A stretch of 64,000 bases of DNA, taken from NCBI GenBank assembly GCA_036946345.1, contig JAQIJH010000001.1, positions 41,684-105,683 on the forward strand. The letters are read 5' to 3'. The notes under the pieces were generated by a model. The model did no database searches. It saw only the letters and a list, made by a program, of their open reading frames with translations, and was not told where the DNA came from. A program made the position numbers and the translations under genes. Source of the stretch: Gordonia paraffinivorans. GTDB taxonomy: Bacteria; Actinomycetota; Actinomycetes; Mycobacteriales; Mycobacteriaceae. Numbering within the stretch: position 1 is the stretch's first letter; the number at the start of each line of letters is the position of its first letter. Positions 38,730 through 47,985 of the stretch are shown one piece after another.

Positions 38730-39599
38730 TCAGGAGGCGGCGACCGCGTCCAGCTCGGTGAGGATCTCCGGGCTCAGCTCCAAACCTGCGCCGGCGACGT
38801 TCTCCCGCAGGTGGGCGACCGACGAGGTGCCCGGGATGAGCAGCATGTTGGGCGAGCGGTGCAGCAACCAGGCCAGTGCTACCGACAGCGGCGTCGCGTC
38901 GAGGCGCGTCGCGATGTCCGAGAGCTTGTCGGACTGCAGCGGCGAGAACCCGCCCAGGGGGAAGAACGGCACGAACGCGATGCCCTGCTCGGCGGTGCTG
39001 TCGACCAGCGCGTCGTCGGCGCGGTGCACGAGGTTGTAGTTGTTCTGCACGCAGACGATGGTCGCGATCCCCTGCGCCTCCGCGAGCTGATCCGCGGTCA
39101 CGTTGCTGACGCCGATGTGCCTGATGTCGCCCTTCTCCTGCAGCTCGGCGAGAGTCTCGATCTGCTCCGCGATCGATCCCGCCTCGGGCCCGTCCACCGC
39201 CCCGACGCGCATGTTCACGACGTCCAGCGCGTCGAGCCCGAGGTGGGTGAGGTTCTCGTGCACCTGCTGCCGCAGCTCGTCGGGTGTCCGCGCGTGCGGC
39301 CAGCCGCCCTCGTCGTCGCGACGAGCACCCACCTTCGTGACGATGTGCAGATCGTCGGGGTAGGGGTGCAGGGCCTCGCGGATGATCTCGTTCGTCACGT
39401 ACGGCCCGTAGAAGTCCGACGTGTCGATGTGGTTGATACCGAGGTCGATCACCTCGCGCAGGACGGCGATCGCGCCGTCGCGGTCCTTCGGAGGACCGAA
39501 GACGCCGGGTCCGGCGAGCTGCATGGCGCCGTACCCGACGCGGGTGACCGTCAGGTCGCCCAGGTGGTAGGTGCCGCCGGGAAGTGTGGTGTCCGACAT
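38730..39599 (-). CDS. Aldo/keto reductase (YdbC-like)
   Basis: VGYGAMQLAGPGV, IDTSDFYG, IGVSNV, LIPGTSSVAHLREN. Confidence 0.92.
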   Translation of the reverse strand: MSDTTLPGGTYHLGDLTVTRVGYGAMQLAGPGVFGPPKDRDGAIAVLREVIDLGINHIDTSDFYGPYVTNEIIREALHPYPDDLHIVTKVGARRDDEGGWPHARTPDELRQQVHENLTHLGLDALDVVNMRVGAVDGPEAGSIAEQIETLAELQEKGDIRHIGVSNVTADQLAEAQGIATIVCVQNNYNLVHRADDALVDSTAEQGIAFVPFFPLGGFSPLQSDKLSDIATRLDATPLSVALAWLLHRSPNMLLIPGTSSVAHLRENVAGAGLELSPEILTELDAVAAS

Positions 39600-39704
39600 G
39601 GGTGATTCCCTTCGTCGTGGTTCGCGGGTGTCGTCCGCGCTGTCATCGACGCTAATCGCGCGCGCGTCGACGAACGAGGGACTGAGGGTCCTACCCTGAT
39701 CGTC

Positions 39705-40190
39705 GTGACCGACGCCGCCCATCACTCGCACGAGGAATACGCGTCCCCGCACGCACCGATGCCGATCGAGCTGCCGCTCGACGACGCCGAGGCGTCGACC
39801 GACGTCCCCCTTGTCACGCAGCTCGTCCGATTCGTCGTGACCGGTGCCGGATCGGGCGTGCTCGACTTCGGTGTCACCCTGCTGCTGCAGTATGTCGTCG
39901 GGGCGCCGTACTGGCTGGCCAAGGCAGTCGGCTTCCTCTGTGGGACGACGACGGCCTACCTCATCAACCGCCGCTGGACCTTCCGTGCCGAGCCCAGCCG
40001 CGCTCGCTTCGTCGCCGTCGTCGCGCTGTACCTGGTCACCTTCGCGGTCCAGGTCGGCATCTACTCGGCGCTGTCCCATGTCTGGGAGGAGACGGTGCTG
40101 TACAGCTTCCTCGCCTTCGTCATCGCGCAGGGGACCGCGACGGTCATCAACTTCGTCGTCCAGCGCGTCGTCATCTTCCGGATCCGCTGA
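39705..40190 (+). CDS. GtrA-family protein (Rv3789-like, cell-wall arabinan pathway)
   Basis: QLVRFVVTG, GTTTAYLINRRWTF, QGTATVINFVVQR. Confidence 0.9.
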   Translation: MTDAAHHSHEEYASPHAPMPIELPLDDAEASTDVPLVTQLVRFVVTGAGSGVLDFGVTLLLQYVVGAPYWLAKAVGFLCGTTTAYLINRRWTFRAEPSRARFVAVVALYLVTFAVQVGIYSALSHVWEETVLYSFLAFVIAQGTATVINFVVQRVVIFRIR

Positions 40191-41017
40191 TGCAGATCGA
40201 CGGCACGGTCGCCATCGTCACGGGTGCCGCAGCAGGGATCGGCGCGGCTCTTTCTCGCGCGCTCGTCGCACAGGGCGCCCGCGTCGTGGTCACCGACCTC
40301 GCCGCCGACCGCGTCTCGACAGTCGCCGCCGAGATCAACGACGCGGCCGGTGGTGAGCGAGCGGTCGCCGTGGCGGGCGACGCCAGCGACCCCCAACTGA
40401 TCGCGCGGACGATCGAGATCGCCCGCGGCGAGTTCGGCCCTGTCGACCTCTACGTCGCCAACGCCGGCACGACCGCCGGGATGGGCCTGGACTCCGACGA
40501 GATCGCCTGGCACACGGCCCTCGAGGTGAACACCCTCGCCCACGTCCGCGCAGCCCGCGCGCTGGTGCCCGGTTGGGTCGAGCGGGGGCACGGATACTTC
40601 CTGTCGACGGCGTCCGCGGCCGGGCTGCTGACGCAGATCGGTTCGGCGACCTACTCGGTGAGCAAGCACGCCGCCGTCGGGTTCGCGGAGTGGCTGTCGG
40701 TGACATACGGCGACGCGGGTGTGCGTGTCAGCTGCCTGTGTCCGATGGGTGTCGACACCGAACTCCTCAACGCCGGGTTCCGTGGTGACCGGGAGGACGG
40801 AGCCGCGGTCGCCGCCAACGCCGTGCGCTCGGCGGGCGAGGTGCTCAGTCCGGAGACGGTCGCCGACGTCGTGATCGAGGCGATCGGCGACGAACGGTTC
40901 CTCATCCTCCCGCACGCGCAGGTCGCGACGATGTACGCGCAGAAGGCCGCAGACCCCGATCGCTGGCTCGCCGGGATGCGGCGCTACCAGCGGTCGCTCA
41001 CGCGTGAGCAGGGCTAG
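40190..41017 (+). CDS. Short-chain dehydrogenase/reductase
   Basis: TGAAAGIG, ANAG, YSVSK. Confidence 0.9.
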   Translation: MQIDGTVAIVTGAAAGIGAALSRALVAQGARVVVTDLAADRVSTVAAEINDAAGGERAVAVAGDASDPQLIARTIEIARGEFGPVDLYVANAGTTAGMGLDSDEIAWHTALEVNTLAHVRAARALVPGWVERGHGYFLSTASAAGLLTQIGSATYSVSKHAAVGFAEWLSVTYGDAGVRVSCLCPMGVDTELLNAGFRGDREDGAAVAANAVRSAGEVLSPETVADVVIEAIGDERFLILPHAQVATMYAQKAADPDRWLAGMRRYQRSLTREQG

Positions 41018-41020
41018 GCG

Positions 41021-41377
41021 TCAGCGCCAGACGACACCGAGGCCCGCAGCAACCAGCGACAAGGCACCGACCGTCGCGAACATCGGGGTCGGCACGGCGT
41101 CGCCCGTGCGCTTCTGGCGTCCCCGACCCATCCCGAGCACGCCTCCGAGGACGACGAGGATCGCGATCTTGATGCCGACCTTGACGTAGTTCACCTCGGT
41201 GCCCGCCGGCCAGGGGAACGCCAGTGCGGCCCCGCTCAGCAGGGAGATCAGCAACCCGTACTCGAGCGGCCGGGCGAAGTCGCGACGTCCCGTCGCCGCG
41301 AGCGTCGCCCATCCGCCGAACGTCACCGCGAACCCGACGATGTGCACCAGGACGACGACGTGTCGCAGCGTCTCCAT
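41021..41377 (-). CDS. Small integral membrane protein
   Basis: 4 TM segments, NYVKVGIK; GGAGG RBS; divergent from MarR. Confidence 0.75.
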   Translation of the reverse strand: METLRHVVVLVHIVGFAVTFGGWATLAATGRRDFARPLEYGLLISLLSGAALAFPWPAGTEVNYVKVGIKIAILVVLGGVLGMGRGRQKRTGDAVPTPMFATVGALSLVAAGLGVVWR

Positions 41378-41421
41378 GTGTCCTCCCGGTAGCCCACTCA
41401 GTTTCAGTTAGACTGTAACTG

Positions 41422-41874
41422 ATGGCAGCCGACACACCTCCTCCAGCGGTGAGTGCCTCGTTCCTCGTGATGGCGCTGGGCCGACGTCTGCGTGACGTCG
41501 CCGAGGAACGGCTGCAGGCGGAGGGGATCGCACTTCGTCATCTGTCCGCGCTCGGGCATCTCTCCCGAGACCCGGGGCTGTCGTACAGCGAACTCGCCCG
41601 CCGAGCAGGCCTCACTCCGCAGAGCATGCAGGCGACCCTGCGGACGCTGGAGGAGCTCGGCGCGGTCCATCGCGACACCGACGCCGGGCGCGGCCGGACC
41701 GCACGCCTCTACGTGACCGACACGGGACGCGAGCTCGTGCGAGCCGGGCGATCCGTCTACGACGAACTCGACGGCCTGCTGAGGGGTCATCTGTCCGAGG
41801 CGGCAGTCATCGAGCTGCTCCGGTCATTCCCCGCGCTGACGAGGGCGCTCGACGACATGGGCGGAACCGGATAG
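41422..41874 (+). CDS. MarR-family regulator
   Basis: PGLSYSELARRAGLTPQSM, LYVTDTGR. Confidence 0.88.
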   Translation: MAADTPPPAVSASFLVMALGRRLRDVAEERLQAEGIALRHLSALGHLSRDPGLSYSELARRAGLTPQSMQATLRTLEELGAVHRDTDAGRGRTARLYVTDTGRELVRAGRSVYDELDGLLRGHLSEAAVIELLRSFPALTRALDDMGGTG

Positions 41875-41892
41875 TGGGAGTCCGGTGTCGCC

Positions 41893-42462
41893 TCAGTCTG
41901 CCTGCGCGATGGTGAGCACGCCGTCGATCCACCCGTCGAGTTCGGTCGGAGTCCGAATCCGCACGACCGTGGCGCCGGGATGTCGGCGCGCGGCGTCGGG
42001 GACCATCTCGCGGTAGGCGTTCCTCGTACCGATCGCCCACCGGACGATGTGGGTGCTGTCGACGGCGATCCGACTCAGACCCTGCTCCACGTTGCCGTTC
42101 CACAGCACCTCCCGCCGGACCCGACGTCGGATGGTTCTACGGACGACGCGGGGGAAGGTCACCCGCCAGAAGGGGAAGTCCAGCCAGAGCAGCACGTCAC
42201 ACCGATCGGCGATGAGGTCACGCACAGATGCGTACTGCCATTCGACGACCCACGAATCCTGTGCGACGAGCGAGCGCACGTCGTCGACGAAGGCCGGCCG
42301 AGGCGTCCAGTTGGGCCCGTGGAACAAACCGTCGATCTCGATGTGGCCGGTACCGATGACCGGCGCGATGCGTCGGCACGCCGTCGTCTTGCCGGAACCG
42401 GCCACGCCCGCCACGGCGATCCGCCGCGGGCGGTGACCCAGCTCGTCCGCCCACCCCAGCAC
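41893..42462 (-). CDS. P-loop kinase (adenylate-kinase/FlaR-like)
   Basis: RIAVAGVAGSGKTT, IEIDGLFHGPNW, LLWLDFP, LWNGNVE. Confidence 0.82.
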   Translation of the reverse strand: MLGWADELGHRPRRIAVAGVAGSGKTTACRRIAPVIGTGHIEIDGLFHGPNWTPRPAFVDDVRSLVAQDSWVVEWQYASVRDLIADRCDVLLWLDFPFWRVTFPRVVRRTIRRRVRREVLWNGNVEQGLSRIAVDSTHIVRWAIGTRNAYREMVPDAARRHPGATVVRIRTPTELDGWIDGVLTIAQAD

Positions 42463-42507
42463 CGCGACGACGCTACCTCCGGAGCGCTTGCGAGTACGGT
42501 CGTCGAG

Positions 42508-43314
42508 ATGCCGGATACCGGGTCGGGTGAAGCGGCGAGACCGATCGCCCTGGTGCGCGCCGGCCATCCCGAGCCGGGGTTGGCGGTGACAGGGCTTGCC
42601 GTGGCCCTCGCGGCTTTCTCCGGGATGTCGAGCGTCAGGATCGTGGTTCTCGCCGTCGCGGTCCTGAGCGGTCAGATGATCGTCGGCTGGACCAACGATC
42701 TCCTCGACGCTCGCATCGACCGACGGGCCGGCCGCGACGAGAAGCCGCTCGCCTCCGGCGCTCTGCCGATCCGATGGGTGGCTGTCGCCGCCGTCGTCGC
42801 GACCGTCGTCTGCGTCGTGTTCTCGCTGCTGTGCGGGCTCGCAGCTGCCGCAGTCCATCTCGTCCTCGGCGTCGGCGCGGCGATCACCTACAACCTGGGA
42901 CTGAAAACCACTGTGTTGTCCTGGGTTCCCTACATGGTCGCGTTCGGCGCGCTGCCGGTGGCCGTCGGCCTGACACTCCGGCCGACGGAACTGCCCGCCG
43001 TGTGGGTCGTCGTGGTCGCCGGGCTCCTCGGGATCGGCGCGCACCTGCTGAACGTCTACCCGGACCTGGACGCCGACGCCGCCACAGGTGTGCGGGGATT
43101 GCCGCAGCGGCTCGGGCGACGCGGCATCCCGGTGGGGACCACGGTGATCATGACCGTCGCGACGCTCGTGGCCGTCATCGGTGCCGGAGCCCATCTCTGG
43201 CATTGGGTCGCGTTGGTCGGGGTCGTGGCGATCGCGACCCAGTGCCGACGCGCACCGCTCACCGTGACCGTCACGATCGCGGTCGTCGACCTCGCGATCC
43301 TGGTGACCGCGTGA
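42508..43314 (+). CDS. UbiA-family prenyltransferase
   Basis: GWTNDLLDARID, KPLASG, YNLGLK, NVYPDLDAD. Confidence 0.85.
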   Translation: MPDTGSGEAARPIALVRAGHPEPGLAVTGLAVALAAFSGMSSVRIVVLAVAVLSGQMIVGWTNDLLDARIDRRAGRDEKPLASGALPIRWVAVAAVVATVVCVVFSLLCGLAAAAVHLVLGVGAAITYNLGLKTTVLSWVPYMVAFGALPVAVGLTLRPTELPAVWVVVVAGLLGIGAHLLNVYPDLDADAATGVRGLPQRLGRRGIPVGTTVIMTVATLVAVIGAGAHLWHWVALVGVVAIATQCRRAPLTVTVTIAVVDLAILVTA

Positions 43315-44185
43315 GCAGTCTCAATGCCGTGTGGGTGCGGGGGGCGGTGGAATCGACGAACTCGGTCATGATCTCGACGACCTTCTCCGGCGCTTCGGCG
43401 TGCGGATAGTGGCCGATCCCGTCGAGGACCTCCAGCCGACTCTGTGGCATCGCCTCGTGCGCGGCGTACCCGTGGGCGACCGGGATGATCTTGTCGGCCG
43501 CGCCCCAGATGAGCTGCGTCGGCAGGTCCGCGTTGAGGTGCAGGCGACTCATCGCGCTCACGGCCTGACCTCGGTGGTCGACGACCGATCGCAGGGTCCG
43601 CAGGAACGCGTCGCGCGTGGCCCGGTCGGACAACGACGCGTACGCCTGCCAGGACTGGTCGGCGCGGGGTGATCGAACGCCTGCGGCAGCCATCCATCCC
43701 CGCACCCGTCCGCCGGCCGCGACTGCCCACTGCGGGGCGATGAGCGGCAACAGCACCTCCGCACCCGGGGCTGCGAGGAGGCGCAGGGTCCAGTTGACCT
43801 CCGGCCCCAGTCCGCCCGAGCCGATCAGTGCCAGGCGTTCGCAGCGGTCGGGGTGTTGGTAGGTGAACTGCATCGCGATGCCGCCACCCAGCGACTGGCC
43901 GACGACCGTCACGCGCGCGACGTCGAGGTGGTCGAGCAGGTCCCGCAGGAACGCCGCGAACGCGCCGAGGGAGTAGTCGCCGCGCGGCTTGGACGACGAA
44001 CCGTGTCCGGGGAGGTCCGGCGCGATCACCCGGAAGCGCTGCGACAGAGGACCGATGACCGCGTCCCAGGTGGCGGAGCTCCCGGCCATCCCATGGACGA
44101 GGAGCAGGGTGTCGCCGGTGCCGACGTCGCGGTAGGCGATGCGTTCGCCGTGCAGGTCGGTGAACTGCATGTCGGGCGTCGTCAT
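43271..44185 (-). CDS. Alpha/beta hydrolase
   Basis: LVHGMAGS, DLPGHG, GQSLGG, GIGHYPH. Confidence 0.9.
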   Translation of the reverse strand: MTTPDMQFTDLHGERIAYRDVGTGDTLLLVHGMAGSSATWDAVIGPLSQRFRVIAPDLPGHGSSSKPRGDYSLGAFAAFLRDLLDHLDVARVTVVGQSLGGGIAMQFTYQHPDRCERLALIGSGGLGPEVNWTLRLLAAPGAEVLLPLIAPQWAVAAGGRVRGWMAAAGVRSPRADQSWQAYASLSDRATRDAFLRTLRSVVDHRGQAVSAMSRLHLNADLPTQLIWGAADKIIPVAHGYAAHEAMPQSRLEVLDGIGHYPHAEAPEKVVEIMTEFVDSTAPRTHTALRLLTRSPGSRGRRPRS

Positions 44186-44219
44186 GGTCTCCCCTCTCGT
44201 CAGGGGTCGATTGTCGCCG

Positions 44220-45098
44220 TCAGCCGTTGACCTTGCTGATGACGCCGTCGGCGAAACCGCGCAGGTTGTCGATCTTCGTCTGGAGCGGCTCGGTGTCGTC
44301 GCCCATGATGTACGGGATGCGGAAGCCGACGATGACGTCGGTGACGCCCTTGTCCTCCAGCCGCTTGCACCCGTCCGGGGTGTAGGCGTCGAACGAGATG
44401 ACGTGGACCTCGAAGGGCTTGTCCTGCAGCCCCTCTGCTTTCTTGATCTCGTCGATCCGGGCGAGCAGGGCGTCGAGTTCCTCCGGCTGACCACCACCAT
44501 GCATCCACCCGTCACCACGGGTGACGGCGCGCTTCAACGCGGCGTCGGCGTGCCCGCCGACGAGCAGCGGGATCGGTTGCGTCGGTGCAGGGGACATCTT
44601 GATCTTCTGGATGTCGTAGAACTCGCCGTGGAACTCGAAGTACTCGCCGGTGGTCAGCCCGCGGATGATGTCCATGCACTCGTTCATGCGGCGACCACGG
44701 CGGGCGAAGTCGACGCCCATGATGTCGTAGTCCTCCGGCCAGGGGCTGCTGCCGACACCGAGCGCCAGGCGATTGTCGGTGAGGTAGGCGACTGAGCTCG
44801 CCTGTTTCGCCACGAGCACCGGCGGCCGGATCGGCAGCTTGAGCACGAACGGCGTGAACCGGATGCGGCTGGTGACGGCACCCATCGCCATCGCCTGGAT
44901 GAACGTCTCGATGAACGGCTTGCCGTCGAGGAATTCGCGGTTGCCGTCCTCGGTGTACGGGTAGGTCGCGTCCGACTCCTCGGGGTACGCGATGGAGTCG
45001 GGGATGGTGAACCCGTCGTAGCCGGCCTCCTCCGCGGCGACCGCGAGGTCGGTGTAGTACCGCGGGTCGGTCATCGCCTCGGCGTACGTGAAACGCAT
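44220..45098 (-). CDS. LLM-class, probably F420-dependent oxidoreductase
   Basis: AEEAGYDG, RPPVLVAKQASS, PLLVGGH, GDGW. Confidence 0.88.
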   Translation of the reverse strand: MRFTYAEAMTDPRYYTDLAVAAEEAGYDGFTIPDSIAYPEESDATYPYTEDGNREFLDGKPFIETFIQAMAMGAVTSRIRFTPFVLKLPIRPPVLVAKQASSVAYLTDNRLALGVGSSPWPEDYDIMGVDFARRGRRMNECMDIIRGLTTGEYFEFHGEFYDIQKIKMSPAPTQPIPLLVGGHADAALKRAVTRGDGWMHGGGQPEELDALLARIDEIKKAEGLQDKPFEVHVISFDAYTPDGCKRLEDKGVTDVIVGFRIPYIMGDDTEPLQTKIDNLRGFADGVISKVNG

Positions 45099-45128
45099 GG
45101 GTGCTCCTCGGTCCGGTTGCCACCAAAG

Positions 45129-45142
45129 TAGAACATGTTCCA
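45129..45142. promoter_or_regulatory. KstR-type operator
   Basis: TAGAACATGTTCCA matches TnnAACnnGTTnnA exactly, about 30 bp upstream of the LLM gene. Confidence 0.65.
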
Positions 45143-45197
45143 GTTTCGCGGACGGCCGATTCGTTTTGCCCGGCTCCCCTACGGTTCACAGGACGCC

Positions 45198-45275
45198 GTG
45201 TCGTGGATCGGCGGTGGCAGCGCGAGCGGCAAGTCCAGCGTCGCGGCTGTCATCGCGGATTGTCACGGGCTGAGC
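45198..45275 (+). pseudogene. N-terminal remnant of a P-loop kinase gene
   Basis: Reads VSWIGGGSASGKSSVAAVIADCHGL (Walker A), then loses plausible coding character at the islet edge. Confidence 0.55.
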
Positions 45276-45284
45276 GGTCGTCGG

Positions 45285-46877
45285 TCAGTCGGAAGGCCAT
45301 CTGCTCGGTCCGAAAAGGCGGGCAGAAGCGTCCGCCGTGCCGCTGGGTCCTGGATCCGCAGCCCTTCTCTCCTCAGTGAGTGACTTGACGTAATCGTGCT
45401 GTGACCGTGCGACGGCAGAAGTCTGTTTGATTATCTGGTCCTGCGCGAGGGGCGATGGCCAGAACGTCAGGTGGTAGGTGTCGATCCCCGAACCGGTGTC
45501 CGCCTCGTGTGCTGCGTCCATGTCTCGCGCGCAGAGCCGGACCCGATAGGTTCCCCGCGGCAGCGGTAATTCGACGCTCGGTCCCTCGCCCGCCCATCCG
45601 CTCAGGAAGAATGGAGCGTCGACGGTGAACGGTGCCTCGACGATCTCCTCCCAGTTCTCGAGATCCAGTGGAGGGCGCCCGCTCTGGATCGAGACGGTCA
45701 CCTCGACCTCGCCGGTGTGCAGACCGGTGCCGATCGGGGCGCATGCGGAATCGACGGTTCCGATCAGGCCGTTGCGCTGACCGGTGAAGGAGGCCCAGTA
45801 GTCGCCGGACCATTCCTGCTGGGTCGCTAGATAGAACTGGTGGTACGAGACGGAGACCTCTCCTGAGAACAGGGTCTCGTCCTTCGTCACCTCGCCGGGT
45901 GACGTGAGTTCTCGCTGTGCGGTGTCGGACTCAGCGTTCATACGAGCAACGACGTCTGCAGCGCTCTGTTCGTCCCCGACCGGGGGGATCGATCTCAGGA
46001 TGCGATCAGCGTCGTCGACTGTGAGCGCGTCCTGTTGCCATCGCAACTGGTGGGTCCAGGTGCCGTCGGAAATCGAGTGACTTTCTGGCATCCACTGCGA
46101 CGATTTAGGCTCTTCGAGCGTCGTCAGCCATCGGCGCAGCGTCACATAGGGCGCTTTCAGAGACACCGACATGTCGAGTGCGCCCGTGTCCGGATCGCCC
46201 TCGTTCGCGGTCACGGTGATCTCGGACGGGAACCACGTAGGCCGCGAGATCGGGATGTCGGCAATCTTCGCCTGACGTTCCTCCTGCCGCCGCATCAGTT
46301 CGGCCGATTCGTCGTCATCGGTGATCCAATCTCCTTCCCAGCTGAACAGAGAATCGTCGAACTCCTCGTCGAGAACGAAGGACATCACCGACAGGCCGTC
46401 GGAGCCGTCGGTCCACCGCAGGACGAGACCGGACTCGTCGTCGATGACGAAGACCTCGTCCGGAGAACGGAATCGCTCGGCTCCCCGGAAGGTCACCTCC
46501 CAGGCGCGGCGACCCTCGTACGTCACCGACTCGATCGAGGCCGGCTCCCCTAGATCGAAGCCCCCGGGGCTCGCGTCCCACGGCCATCGCAGATGCGCCG
46601 CGAACAAGCGGCTGTGATGGGCTCCCGCCCACATCATCGCGAAGGTTCCTCGGGTGAGATCGGTCCGAACCACGACTCCATCGGGTCGGAACCTGAAGGT
46701 CTCAGATGCCGATGCGATGTAAATGGGCTTGTCATCTCGCTCCTCGCGTTCCCGCTTGGGCGGGTCCAGCCACAACTCACTGACCGCACCGTTGTCGGTC
46801 AGCAGATGAGCGTGGACGGTTCGGCCGATGGTTCCGTAGTTCTTCGCGCGGATCACTCGCCAGGAGGGTGCAGCCAT
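45285..46877 (-). CDS. Hypothetical multidomain protein (LolA-like N-part, ComJ/Nin-like C-part)
   Basis: 530-aa ORF, acidic, visibly lower GC; IDDESGLVLRW...FDDSLF; VSYHQFYL...APFTV...LPRGTYRV...YHLTFWP. Confidence 0.7.
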   Translation of the reverse strand: MAAPSWRVIRAKNYGTIGRTVHAHLLTDNGAVSELWLDPPKREREERDDKPIYIASASETFRFRPDGVVVRTDLTRGTFAMMWAGAHHSRLFAAHLRWPWDASPGGFDLGEPASIESVTYEGRRAWEVTFRGAERFRSPDEVFVIDDESGLVLRWTDGSDGLSVMSFVLDEEFDDSLFSWEGDWITDDDESAELMRRQEERQAKIADIPISRPTWFPSEITVTANEGDPDTGALDMSVSLKAPYVTLRRWLTTLEEPKSSQWMPESHSISDGTWTHQLRWQQDALTVDDADRILRSIPPVGDEQSAADVVARMNAESDTAQRELTSPGEVTKDETLFSGEVSVSYHQFYLATQQEWSGDYWASFTGQRNGLIGTVDSACAPIGTGLHTGEVEVTVSIQSGRPPLDLENWEEIVEAPFTVDAPFFLSGWAGEGPSVELPLPRGTYRVRLCARDMDAAHEADTGSGIDTYHLTFWPSPLAQDQIIKQTSAVARSQHDYVKSLTEERRAADPGPSGTADASARLFGPSRWPSD

Positions 46878-46955
46878 TCCGGAAACTTAGCCAGACAAAT
46901 CGGTCGAACGTGCGAAAATGCGCAGCATGTCTGCCTATGACTCCCGCGCAGTCCC

Positions 46956-47966
46956 GTGACGAGCTCTGCGACTGATGTCGCCGCTGAGTGGTCAGCGTTG
47001 AACGCAGCGCTCGATGCCCTTTTCCCTCAAGCGTTGACCTTTCGCCCGCCGGCCTCCGGGGACCAACTGCGCGATTCCCAGTCCGCCACCACCGGTGCGT
47101 CATGGCCGCGTCAGCTGGTCGACTTCTACCAACTGCACGACGGGCAGGAGGCCGAGTACCGTGCGCGTGCGCCCGGGGAACTCCTGCCGGCGTCTCGCAT
47201 CCTCCCGTGCGACGAGATGGTCGAGCATCACCAGGCGATGGTTGATCACGGGCGGTGGGAGCTCTACGACGATCCGTGGCTGCGGGAGAACGCCGAGAAC
47301 TCTGAGGCCGGGGCCCGATCGTTCTGCTTCCTGACGGACTACGTGCCGATTGCTCAGTGGGACAGCGACTACTACTTCGTGGACACACGTCCCGGACCGC
47401 AATCGGGGTGCGTTCGTTACTGGGCAAGGGACGATGGAGACGCATCCGGAGAGGTCCTGTGGCCGTCGCTCGCCGAGATGCTCGCGGACATACGTCGGAG
47501 CATCGTCGACGATGCCGTCTTGCTCGAGCCGTTCAGGCCGTGGTTCGTCCATGACAGGAACGATCCTGACCACGGAGTTCTGACATGGGTGAATGAACTG
47601 TCGTGTGACCTCGACGATGCCCCGCCACCTCCTGTCGAGTCGACGCCGCTCCTCCTCCCGTTTCCTGTCGCCGACTACCTGACCGTCATGGCTGAGTACA
47701 CGGGGCCGTTCCTCGACCTCGACGCGGTCAGACGCCAGGTTCTCGACACAGCACGAGCGTTGCACCCTGGCACCGTCGTCGAGGGTGGGGAGACCGTCTA
47801 TCAACCGCTGCCTCGTCATCCGGGTGTCTGCGGGAATGCGCTGACAACGATCGACGGTGAACTGATCCCTTACCTCGTTGTCATCACCGGTGAGGGCGAC
47901 GATGTTCTCGTCTTCGAGCATCCGCCCGGTGGCTTCACGATCCCGACGACGAACGACCCGGGCTGA
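46956..47966 (+). CDS. SMI1/KNR4 (SUKH) family protein with C-terminal extension
   Basis: RPPAS, WPRQLVDFYQLHDGQ, YVPIA, YFVDTRPGPQSGCV, WPSLAEML. Confidence 0.82.
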   Translation: MTSSATDVAAEWSALNAALDALFPQALTFRPPASGDQLRDSQSATTGASWPRQLVDFYQLHDGQEAEYRARAPGELLPASRILPCDEMVEHHQAMVDHGRWELYDDPWLRENAENSEAGARSFCFLTDYVPIAQWDSDYYFVDTRPGPQSGCVRYWARDDGDASGEVLWPSLAEMLADIRRSIVDDAVLLEPFRPWFVHDRNDPDHGVLTWVNELSCDLDDAPPPPVESTPLLLPFPVADYLTVMAEYTGPFLDLDAVRRQVLDTARALHPGTVVEGGETVYQPLPRHPGVCGNALTTIDGELIPYLVVITGEGDDVLVFEHPPGGFTIPTTNDPG

Positions 47967-47985
47967 CCGCGGCTGCTTCCACTTG

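Noticed and set aside
45129-45142. GAAC..GTTC as a LexA SOS box
   Set aside because: The spacer is 2 nt rather than 4; it fits KstR better.
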